64,000 bases of DNA from Klebsormidium nitens. Its lineage: Eukaryota; Plantae; Klebsormidiophyceae. The notes beneath the pieces were generated by a model, which saw only the letters and a program-made list of their open reading frames with translations, was not told the DNA's origin and did no database searches. Made by a program: the position numbers and the translations under genes. The stretch spans positions 62,001 to 126,000 of the forward strand of contig DF237010.1 in assembly GCA_000708835.1 (NCBI GenBank), given 5' to 3'. This document shows, in pieces, positions 50,507 to 61,805 of this stretch. Numbering within the stretch: position 1 is the stretch's first letter; the number at the start of each line of letters is the position of its first letter.

Positions 50507-51294
50507 CAGGTCAGGGCTGAAATTCACTAAAGAGTAGTCGGGGCTCAGTGGCTACAGCGTTACGTAGAGAAAGAGACCATCATGTCGATCGTGGATGCAC
50601 CCTCATCGAAGTCGGAAAGCTCGCAAGATGCAACATGAGGACAGCACTTTGAGGTGATTCGTAATCAAACTAGCTTTCGATGCACAACAGAATTCTGTGG
50701 CGGGATATGTGCAAGCTGCCAGCCAGACAGTGACTGCGGCTGCCATCCCGTTTGCTGAGTGCACAAATAAATCTGCATGCCACGTATCTCGATCATGCAC
50801 ATGACGCACTGAATTGATCATGCTCAATATCCCAATTCTGCGACGCGCGCTAGTCGATCAGGCGCGTGCCGCGGCGGCGCGCTCGACTCCTTAGGTTAAT
50901 TCAGCACATGGAGCAGCGCGCTGCATGGGGACTTTGTTTAATGAGTCCGACTACATGCGCGATGTACAGAATGCGGGCAGCTAGCTTGCATGTGCTGGCA
51001 TGGCACATGACATGAGCCTCAGGCGCGCGCATATTGACGGGTCCTGCATGGCGGCATGGGCCATAATATTCACATGGGGCATTGTAAGCCCAAGCGCTTC
51101 AGTTCGGGCGGCCAGCCATGGCTAGGACCGATCTTAAAATGTCGATTGTTTGCAAGACTCGGCATTTTGAGTTCTGGCACCACAACCCATGTGACAGCAC
51201 TCACCATACAATCCATGTGATAGCCGCAAGACGTGGTGAGGACTCATTCATGCAATTTTGAGATTGCCTCGATATTAAGGTTTAATTGTCCATG

Positions 51295-54200
51295 TTAGTG
51301 ACCCGGTGTGCTCAAACCTCCCTTGACCCTATCTCCCAAAAGCTTGATTGCCGTTTGTACGTCCTTGTCCCCCCGACCACTGAAGTTCACAACAACATTC
51401 GTGCCGTCCGCTAAGGTAGGACACAAGTCCTCGAGGTAAGCCAGTGCATGTGACGTTTCTAGAGCCGGGATAAGCCCCTCCAGCTTCGACGTCCGCTCGA
51501 AAGCTGCACAGGCAACACTACCGTCAGGATCAGGCGTGTTTTGAGGCAACAATGAAGATCAAAAACTGGCGAATCAGCCTCGACAGAGGCTAGGCGACTC
51601 GATAGCTCTGAGTTCCAAACCATCAGCATCACCACTGAATTTAAGCAACATACCAAAGCTGACAATTGCATTGTTTGCCCCATCATTTAACAGAATAGCA
51701 ATGACCACGTGCAGCAGGGTTTTTGCTCCCAGGTATAACTAACGACAACAAATTTCGGCCAAGTGTAGAGAGCCCACTGACCGTCCAAAGCTTCGTCGTC
51801 CGTCACGCTAAAGTATTCCGCCCGACCAAGGTCCTTGAGGAAGCTGTGCTCAGGACCCACTCCCGGGTAGTCCAAACTGCATGAGACATATGGGACGGAT
51901 CAGACCCAAACACATACACGCTGCACAATCTCCGATTTGGATTCTCAAGGACGATACCGGCGACTGACTCTTTCTTCAGACTACAACTTACACATGTTGA
52001 ACAAGTTCAGTTCGGAGGTTGCCAACCCCTAAAACGAACTCGTTTAGCGTATTGTTGGTTAATCGAATCAGCATCTTGTTTGTAACCCGAATCAGCATCT
52101 TGTTTGTCACCCGAATCAGCGTGGACAAAGCACAACCAACCGCCAAGCCGGCAAAACATACCAGCCGCAGGCCCCTTAAGGTATACAAAGAACTCGGCAC
52201 TTTTTACTACCATAGCCAGACCTTGCCAAAGTAAGCAGAGCCGACTGATGACCTCGGAAACTCCACCTCATTCACCTTCACATGTGCCTCTGGCAAAACC
52301 TGGCTGACTGCCGCATGTGACGCCTGGTTCTTGCCAAGCAAGCCACCACCTAGCACAAACGCCATGTCCAAAAGTTCCGTAATGTTCTGAATTAAAGCTT
52401 ACCCTGCGCTAATGGAGTGCGGCTCGATGACCTGCCCGTCCGTGTCCTGCAGCAGGTAGCTCATAGCCCCATGGAGCACTCCCTGCGTGCCAAGTGTCAG
52501 CGTCGCGGCGTGCTTGTCGGTGTGTGTGCCGTGCCCTGCAGCCTCCACCCCAATCATCCGCACATGCGCGTCGTTCACGAACTCGTGGAAAAGACCCATT
52601 GCATTCGAGCCACCCCCCACGCACGCAACTAGAATGTCAGGGTCCTTGCCGAACTTTTCATGGGCCTGCCGCCGCGTCTCCTGCAGTACGGAACAGAAGA
52701 TCTCAGGAGGCAAATTTGAGATCTTCGGTCAAATTCGTCTACTTTGCATGTACCTGAAGTCTCTGCATACAAACAGCTGAAGGCAACTTAAATCCTACTG
52801 CAGTGTGTGTAGCAGACTAACCAGGAAAAACCGGACCAAGATGCTGCTTTTTCCGCAATCAAACTTCATGCAGTTTGGTGCCAGGCCTATTTAAGATGCG
52901 GCGCAGTCTCGCGATCAGCGGCTGGCGGACATAGTCCTTTGCTGGTAGATTGAACAGCCCTGCCTCTCTTTCGTAGCTCACTAGGCTTCACCTAGATTTA
53001 GGCTTGCACATAAGCAACCACCCGGAACGCGAGCTCAAATGGTCACAGGGGCTCACTTCGCGTTAATCAACCTCAAAATGCACACATAGAACTTGACAGC
53101 TGTCGGGCCCTGCTCACCTCTCCAATAACTGCATGGAAGTCGCGCACCATCATGGGGTACGGGTGGGGCCCTGCCACACTGCCCAGAATGTAGTGCGTGT
53201 CCTCCACATTCGTCACCCAGTCTCGGATTGCCTCTGACGTGGCGTCCTTCAGCGTTGCAGTGCCGGCCGTCACTGGTCGCACCTGCAACATACCCAACAT
53301 GCTTTCAGGTGTGCCGACCGCGAGTCTGCTTCCGGCATTCAAAAGTCACTTGCGATATGCTCGAAACGTCTCAATTTGCACTTTCCAAGGAGTGTATTTT
53401 TAGGGCTAAGTTGAAAAGCCAGCGCAAGTGCCAGACTGAAAACACGACTACAGAGCTGGAATCCTGTTGTGCATCAGCCACTCCAAATTTCATGTCCTTA
53501 GCAAGACCCAGTACGAAAGCTCAGGGGCTCGTACCTCAGCTCCCAGCAGCCTCATCCGGAACACGTTGAGCGCCTGCCTTTCCATGTCCTGCGCTCCCAT
53601 GTAGACCACGCACTGGAAGCCAAAACGGGCACACGCAGTTGCAGTGGCGACGCCATGCTGGCCGGCCCCCGTCTCCGCAATGATCCGCTTCTTGCCTGAG
53701 AGGAGCGATGTGTTCTGTTTTGAGCCTCAGAGACTACTCCAAGGATGTGCATGCAACAACAAGCTGAGGCGCTCTGTTGCTTTCCTCTGGAGGTAGCAAG
53801 CTAATGGCTTTTTAGCTTCATAAGCAAGTTCAGAGATGATCAAGCTGACGAGTGACGGACGAACTCACAGGGCTGATGAATGATAAACCAACTCACAGGG
53901 CTGTTGGGGGTGGACCAAAACTGCCTTTGAGTAATGAGAGCAGATTGGTACTCAAATACTTTTAGCGGCCACTCTCGAAATGAAGGAACTCTACTACGAA
54001 ACTCCTGTCCACCTACGGTATAGAACCAATTTCAACAAACGTTTAACCAATTCTCACCAATTCGCTTTGCCAGCAGGGCTTGCCCCACAGCATTGTTGAT
54101 CTTGTGAGCGCCGGTATGATTCAAATCCTCTCGCTTCAGGTAGATGTTTGGCCCAGTCCCGTCTTCCCTCTTGTAGCGCTCCGTCAGTCTCTCCGCAAAG

Positions 54201-54991
54201 TACAGGGGAGACTCGCGGCCAACGTAGTCCTTCAAGATGCCTTTCAGTTCCTCCTGTGAAAGCAGACATGCGCGAGAGGATTGTGCGTCAAAATCAAGGT
54301 ACTCGTGCGTCATTGAAAGTTATTGGGGCGGCCATTGATGTACTTCTATCACCGGAAACAATTGTAATTAAAGTACACCCAAAAGTGTAGGGTTTCTTTG
54401 CATGAAAAGATCTCTGAGCTGTCAGTGAGATTTTTGCTTTCATTTTCTTTTCGTACCTACAATTGAGACCACCGAGTCCTTTTGTGTGCGACTCTGAGAC
54501 TCTTGTGTAACCAGTTTGAAACACATTTTGTAAGATCAAAGTAAAGTCTCAAAGCACAAGTAATGCCGGTGGTAATGATCCACAGCTTTTGGATAAAGTT
54601 TAAGAAAAGCCCCGCTCACCTGGAATGCTGGATCAGCAGTTACTTCCTTGTATGTCTTTTCCAAATCCGACAGTGCATACATCAGGGTCTCGGGCACATA
54701 CTTGCCCCCATACTTGCCAAACCTCCCCATCGCATCGGGCCTCTGGAAATCCCCCACATTCTGCTTCACGTCAGCCTTCTCAGGGGCCATCACACAACGC
54801 ACTGCCTGGTCCTGCCGCCCATCCTTGTATACTACACTCGGCTTTGCAGAAAGCGTTGATGAGCCGCGCAGGCAGACAGAAGCGGACGATGCAAGGGGCG
54901 CCACAGTCTGCTGCTGAATGCGGCTTGTCTGTGAAAGGCTCAGGGCGGAATGCCCGGCAGCCGCCTTTGCAAACGTGCCTGCTGCTGCCAT
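51295..54991 (-). CDS. TSB1: Plastid tryptophan synthase beta chain, 7 exons
   Basis: Exons 54620-54991, 54058-54253, 53535-53695, 53118-53282, 52403-52680, 51782-51876, 51295-51503. Ser/Ala-rich transit peptide, [31 protein letters not shown] (PLP lysine), [27 protein letters not shown]. Confidence 0.97.
52053..52120 (+). repeat. 24-bp minisatellite, about 2.8 copies, in TSB intron 5
   Basis: Unit TGTTTGTAACCCGAATCAGCATCT at 52053, 52077 and 52101 (partial). Confidence 0.85.
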
Positions 54992-55932
54992 GCTGGGAAT
55001 CGCAAACTTTCCTGCTTCGTTGAAAATACCTCTTGCGCTACCGCAAGCAATTGAAGACGTCCAAAAGAACCGACCTGCGCCCCTGCTAGATGATTAAGTG
55101 CTCAGCTTGAAGTTCAAGTTCTCTGCCAAAGCAGAGCTGCTCTAGCACACTCAAGCAGGCAGTCATCACAGTCTCCAGAAACAGACGTAATCATCGAATC
55201 TTGATGGAGCTTACGTGTCGCGCTGTTGAATTGCTAAACTCGAGATCTCTGCTTCGAACGGCTGAGATCTTACCGGGAGAGATTTGCCGCATTTCGCGTG
55301 CTAAAAAATATTATTTGTTCCACAAGGAAATCATGCTAGTCGCAAGTGCATAGACCAGACTCCGACAGAGTGTATGGGTATTGGGCCTGCGTGGGCTCTG
55401 GAACTCTGAATCTGTATACCTAAACGAAAGCGGCGGCAGCAATGATAGGGTAGCAGGTTAAACAGGATGCACTTAATGCAATGGTCCCTACGTTTTTGCG
55501 CTACACATCATACTGAAAGGAGTCTGTCCAGATGTTGTGTCTAGCAGCGTGTTAGATGCATACAAGCGGGACGAATCACTCAAATCTAAGAACGAGCATG
55601 TTGACGTGTCACAAGGATTGCCACCGTCCTGAATATCACATCATATCATATCGAGCGGTATCATTCCATGATGGTAGGGCGTCGCAGATTGGGATAGTTT
55701 GAGCACCGCTCGTGCATGACTTTTAGAGGGTATAGAAGATTCTCAATCTCCGGATGCGAATCAGCCTTAAGGTGCATCGTTGAGATTTCCGCTCAGATGA
55801 TATGCTCTCAGTGAACCTATGGTGATCTCTTAATGCTGGTTGAACCTCAGAGAGGTCTACACCAGCTGATCAGCAAAGAATAAGTATCCGTGAGATCAAC
55901 AACCGCAACTCAGAGCGTTGTTTCTCCTACTT

Positions 55933-58900
55933 TCAATGCGTAAAATTGTCTCGGATCACCTTTTTCTGAGCGTCTGTTAGTGAGGGCGGGAAGGCGACTG
56001 TAAAGGTCACATAAAGGTCCCCCTTTCTGTTGCTTTCGTAAGCAGGCATCCCCTCTTCTTTAACCTTCCGGACTTCTCCAGGCTTCGTAACTCCCTGCAT
56101 AGACCAATCATGGACAGACGCTCAGCTCTGGGGCGAAGTCTGCCAGCAGGTGCTTCAAAACAATCGGCACACTTCGCAAACCTGCGCCCCATTTTCGGTG
56201 GACGGAGATTGGATGGCATAAGGTGCTGAGGAAACAAGCGGAAATCACGTTTTTGCCTGCCACAGAGTACCTCAAAAAGGTCTGGGGAGACATACCTTGA
56301 ACCCAACAGCCACTTTATGCCCGTCCAAATGGGTGATGTCCTTCTCAAACCCAACCAAGGCATCAACCTGCGAAGTCGGGCACAGCTCGCCAGCGTTGGT
56401 CTTAAAGGCGGCCGGAGTCTTTGACAGCAGTCACGAATGACTATTGAAAAGAGTCTACGGCAGCCATGTCCCCATATGGAACAGCAGACTATTCAACGAA
56501 CTCCGAGAGGAGACGTAAGCAGGCAGGTTACTGGTGGCTATCGAGGATACATAAGCAGCCAGGAATGTTAGCAAACCCGGGAGGAGACAAATGCAGGATC
56601 TCACCAGAGAAATTGTGACCTGCATATGGAGGTCGTCTCCTTCTCGTCGGAACGTCTTGTGCGGTCGAGTTTTAATCAAAAACTGCACGAGGCAGCCCAG
56701 AGGATTTCAGAAACAAGAGCACAAAGTTCGACGAGCTTCCCCAGTCGCTTCCCTGAGAGAGGAAACGAGAAAGAAGAGACTTCTTTGAGAAAAAGAAAAA
56801 GAAGTGGGATAACAGTCTTAGTTTGCCATTCCGTCGGAGTCAGCTCGAAAGCGGTCGGTCTCTCACAATGTCCTCGACGCATCCATGGCTCATCAACGAA
56901 GGACGATTACAGGCGACAAGCAGAGAAGGCCTGGGCCTTGGAGAGATTGACGGGCAGCTGATCATTGCTTGATTGGGGCAATGGACGCCTAGTCAGACGC
57001 TGAGACCTCTGTAACAAAACAATTGGACGACATGATTGATCAGTGGACGCACCTTGAGGTCCCCTGCCTCGCCATCCATGATCGGCTCGCCTTCTTCGAA
57101 GAAGACAATCTCCTGCAGAACGACACCGGGGCAGATTAGTCGTCAAGAGCGCTCGCGTGAGCAACTCGGATCTAGCGGACTGCTGAACAATAACCTTACG
57201 AACGAGCTTCAGATTAAACTCTGGAGCCCCGCATTCCCAGCCGGCCTGTCGAAATCCCGCTTTGACATCTCCCGGCTCACATCCGCTGGCAGCCAAAGCA
57301 TACATAGTAAGGAAGGGACGCTGCGCACCTGTCCTTCCTTCATTCCCTTCTCCACGTCCACATTGATGTACTCTCCTTCCCGGTCCAGCTTCACGTTTGG
57401 ACACTCCTCGCAGGTCTGCAAACAAAGCGGGCTAGGTCAACTAGATAACGCTCCGGAAGGAGATCTAATCTCGAAACCAAAACGGATCAAAGAGGCTAAT
57501 CGAAGATCATACACTCCCACCGAACCTTCCGCTAATAATGGCATAAATGCAATTGACAACCACAACATATCTGTTTGATTTCGAAGCAACATGCGCACCG
57601 GACCCCCCTTGCTCAACAGCACCACCTACGGCCACTACATACAATGGAGGCAACTGCAAAGCGCACCTGTTGGGGGAACTGCTGGAACATGCCCGGCCCG
57701 ATCTGCTTGGTGATGACCTTGGACTTGCAGTTGCACTTGCGCTTGCCGGGTGCGGGCTTGTACACCGCCTTCTCGCGGTACACCTTGTACGAGCTGCCCA
57801 TGTACAGATCCTCCAGCGTGGCCTGCAAATGCACCACCACTGTGTCGCCCTTCGGAATCTTCTCCTCCTCATCCTCCTGGCCGCCAAAGCCAAAGCCCCC
57901 GCCAAAGAATCTGCGCAAGAAGGATAAGGAGTTGGACACTGCGCAGTAGACTGGGTTCAAGGGTCTGGGACTTGGGATTGGTGCTCGTTGGGATTCAAAA
58001 ATCGTGAAGTGCTTTGATTGGGTTCGAGGGCCTGAACTTGGGTTTGGCGCTTGTTGGGACTCAGAAATTGTGAAGTGGTGTAACGGGGTTCATGGGCCTG
58101 AACTTGGGATTGACGCTGGTTGACAACAACCGAGGGCGCTTCCAAAAGACAAGCTCACAACCTGCGGCTTCCGGGGAAAAGTGGTGCCTGCTCGTTTTTT
58201 TCCTATGTTTTGTCAAGGCCCAACAAAGTACATGGCCAGATGACTGACTCAACCAAGAGTCAGGACTCTCACCCTACATCCAAGCACTTGCCCATAGCCC
58301 GCATTGACACCAATCTCTTGGTCGCCAAACCAGACCACCGTAAGGTCAAAGTACTAATCTTAAACATAGTCTCTAGATGCTGTACACAAAACACAATCCC
58401 AAGCCTTTTGGTTCAACTATGGCACTTTCACAGTATCTTGGTTGCTTTAGGTTGCTTCGAAAGAAGTCGGAAAGTGTGTTGGGCCGTCGACAAGTGTCAA
58501 TCTCATTCCCCGTATGATGGACAGGAGCTCAACCGCAACATCATCAGTGGCATAGTGCACCTGAAAGAGCATCCGGAGTGCGCCTCATTTCAGCAGCTGC
58601 TCCGACACTATTTGCACTAGCTTCAACCATGAATTCTCTTCGACTCCATGAGCCTAGAAAGAAGCACAAGTTTATTCTGCATCTTTTGATCCAGTGTTTC
58701 CAGATGGCCGTTCCTTGTGCGCTACTATCTTGCCAGCTTTCTGTACTGAGGAACGTTGAAAGCGAAGGAACCTCCACCCAGACAGGGGAAAAAAAACAGC
58801 TGGGATTCGGGACGAGCAAAGAGCTGGGCTTACTGTGAGAAGATGTCATTTGGAAACCCGCCACCTCCTCCACCACCCTGCCCATGCTGCTTCAAGCCCT

Positions 58901-59738
58901 CCTCTCCATACTTGTCATAGATCTGCTTTTTCTCCTTGTCCGCAAGCACCTCATAAGCTGCACCACCAAGTCAGTTGACACGTAAAGTGGACGCAGATAT
59001 AAGTTGCAAAAGGTCAATATTTCCTCGTGTCTGCCCGGGTCGCACATCCATCCCATGTTTGCCAGCAAAATGGAAGGGACATATCCTGTAGCAAAGAAAC
59101 TTCGTGCCAGCCAATCCAAGTACCATGCTGCAGCTCATATAATCTACAAAGATTCAAGGTATAAATCAGGAATTTCCGTCGACTCCGCTGAGCTTTGCAG
59201 ATCATACTTGGCTTCCACTGCATCAGCTCACTCGGTACTTTACTGAAAGATCCTGAGTGGTAACAAAGCCAGATTCCAGACGGTTTGTGGCGATTGCCAT
59301 GCTCAGACTAGATACTGATGACCAAATTTTCAAAATTACGCTCACCGTGCCCAATTTCCTGGAACTTTTTGTGTGCTTCTTCGGTTGGGTTCTTGTCGGG
59401 ATGGTACTTGAGGGCTAGTTTTCGATAGGCGCTCTTGATCTGGGCATCGGATGCGTGCTTCGAAACTTGTAGGGTGTCATAGTAATTCCGCCTGCAGTAT
59501 CAGGTGTTAGGGTTTCGATTTGCTTTCGAAACTTGAGTGGACGTACTACCACCAACTGAAAGGACCTTGATTGATCTACAAGCAGGCCCACTCATCAAAA
59601 AAATCCAAGAAGCATCGATCAGCTCCGACAAGCTGTGCGTGGTAGAAGGCAGAAAGATCGAGCTCACCCTGCATAAACCTCATTTGCGAGAAGCAGCAAA
59701 CACGCAAGCGCTGCAAGCGAAGCTCTGATGAGGTGCAT
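55933..59738 (-). CDS. ERDJ3B: ER-luminal DnaJ co-chaperone ERdj3B/DNAJB11, 9 exons
   Basis: Exons 59668-59738, 59346-59491, 58834-58957, 57667-57910, 57329-57415, 57053-57112, 56605-56682, 56296-56367, 55933-56094. Signal peptide [25 protein letters not shown]-domain with HPD, G/F region, [23 protein letters not shown] and DnaJ-C domain. Confidence 0.95.
57953..58122 (+). repeat. 66-67-bp degenerate tandem repeat (about 2.6 copies) in ERdj3B intron 3
   Basis: Units start GGGTTC(A/G)(A/T)GGG.CTG..ACTTGGG at 57953, 58020 and 58086. Confidence 0.8.
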
Positions 59739-61805
59739 TATGCCAGCCCCACAGACGCAGATCTGCACCCCAGCGGACCGCGTTTCTGAGATGAATTTGA
59801 CAATAGCACCAGCGAGAGGCTGCGTAAGACGTCTACTCAAGAGTCAGGCACTAACAGGTGTGAAGGTATCAGCAATCAGGATTGATCGTGCCAATGAATC
59901 AGATATAGACGGGGATTCGATCAGAGCGCTGCGCCAGGTTTCTTCTGCCCTCCTTGAAGTTGAAGTCTCTGCTTCCGTCATGGACATTCAGTGATGCAAG
60001 TAGTACATAGCACTGCACTTGGAAAGTGTTAATAGGCTAGTGTACCAGGCCGTCGTTCTCTACCTCAATTTTTTTGACAGATGACCCGGGCAGTCCGGGC
60101 GGTCTGACAGCCATAAATGCTACCCTTCGATACTATTTTGGGTTCCCGGTACATGGGCGGCTATGGTTAGGGTAGCCAGGTCGAGGCTTAAACCGTCGGG
60201 AAAGCAAAGAGTCCCCGGGGAAGGACAGAACAAAGACCTAACCCGGCGAGTTTACGCGCTTGGCACCCCTACACATTAGAAACCACCAACCTAACCCTAC
60301 CCTTACCCCGGGCTTCTGACCTTTTTCTAACCAACCGCGGCCGCCACCGTCCGGGAAGAAGTGAGCCGTCGATATCCTTTCAGAACGCCACGCGGCGGCC
60401 GCTGCATTGCGCGTGAGCTCATCAGAGATGGAATGTTTGTGCCAGTCGTGACACTCGTGGGAGTCCAAACACACAGCTGACAACGGCCTGTTAACACTTT
60501 CCAAGTGCAGTGCTTTGACCTTTTTGCTTCAGTGATACACCCAGCTGCAACCGCTGTACGTGCTGCAATCAGTGCAAAAGCGCTACCCTTAGTGGGTTCT
60601 GGCGCCCTGCCAGAAACAGCAAAGGTACGAAAACTTCTTGTCCTCCTTCCCTGATACCGTGATACGAGCCAGTACGCCAACTCACAAATCACGGCGCACT
60701 TTCTGAATCTAAGCTTAGCCAGTAACCCTAATCTCCGGTCCCTTCACATTTGTCCGTCCGATGTGCTACAACCCGCATATCTTGCGGTCGAAACTTTTCC
60801 AAAGTGGATGGGTGTCCCATGACCTGCAGGCTCTAATCCTCGCCATTGGCCATGTCACGGAACCCCAATGAATCATGATTCTGATTGGATGTGCTGCGGT
60901 GGCAACAAACTCGAAGTTCTTCACTTTCTTCCACTGCTCTAGCCTCTACTCTCGAGGATACCTAGTGCTTGAAGAGTAAGTGCAGTCGTGTGGGAGTTGT
61001 GTGGTGGTGTGCCCTGGCCGCCTGGCAGGGCGCCTTCGAGATTCATAGTCGCAATTGCATCGTAGCGGGCTCCACCTTCGAAGTAGCCACTGAATGTTGG
61101 ATTTGAAAGTATCCAAGAAAAACCAACAAGGTAGAATTCTCGTGCAACGGTTCACATTGACGTCCTGGCCTCCTGGTGCTCAGAAGGTTGCCTTGAGCGA
61201 GCGGGAACAATCCAGACCTATTTACCAAGGGCGGCCTGACATTTCTGGCCGCGCTCGCGTCAGCATTTCTGTCTTACCAGCTGGTAAGAGCTACTTGCAG
61301 TTGGTATAAGAAAAGGTTGTTTTCTTAAACGCAAGACAGAACAAAGGGGGCTTCTCTCAATACTTTGTGTTTGCAGTAGGCAAGCTGCAGTGGTACAGAC
61401 AGAGCATATATAGTGTAGGCAAAGCTATTCCAAGAAACATCATAGAAGAAGATGGATTGCTGAACATCAATTCCTTGAAAGCATATTGTCTAGGAGCTCA
61501 AACAACGTGGTTGGTGCACAGGGATTTGTTTGGTAGCGTGATTGCGTGGGGCGTACTTTTGAAGCGCTGGGGGCTGACCCCAAGACATAACGCAAGCTTG
61601 CCCCCCTGCTGACCTGAGAGTAACAGTAAGTGCTTACACACCGGACAAACGCGCTTGCTGTTCCAACATTCACGGGAGTGGACGGCTGGTGAGGTGGGTG
61701 GCAAGGGGAGGGGCGATGCCGCTGTTGCGCACAGTCCAGGCACCCCTATGCCACCTCCATTGCTCTTTCTAGGGTGGCAATTGCTTGTGTAGAGTAGACG
61801 ACTTC

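Noticed and set aside
15912-54991. Possible metabolic gene cluster (AOX, AAE, DPL1, TSB; two PLP enzymes)
   Set aside because: Different compartments and pathways, interspersed with unrelated housekeeping genes; no shared pathway logic.
60165-60309. Telomere-like words (GGTTAGGGTAG 60165-60175; CCTAACCCTACCCTTACCCC 60290-60309), also at about 43170-43200 and telo-box-like TAGGGTTT at about 36831 and 59508
   Set aside because: Only 2-3 degenerate units each; consistent with ordinary telo-box promoter/intron motifs or chance, not an interstitial telomere array.
61748-61792. 14-codon uORF upstream of the bHLH ATG
   Set aside because: It may lie in an intron (acceptor-like site at 61772) and does not resemble any conserved-peptide uORF I can recognise; cannot be supported without transcript data.
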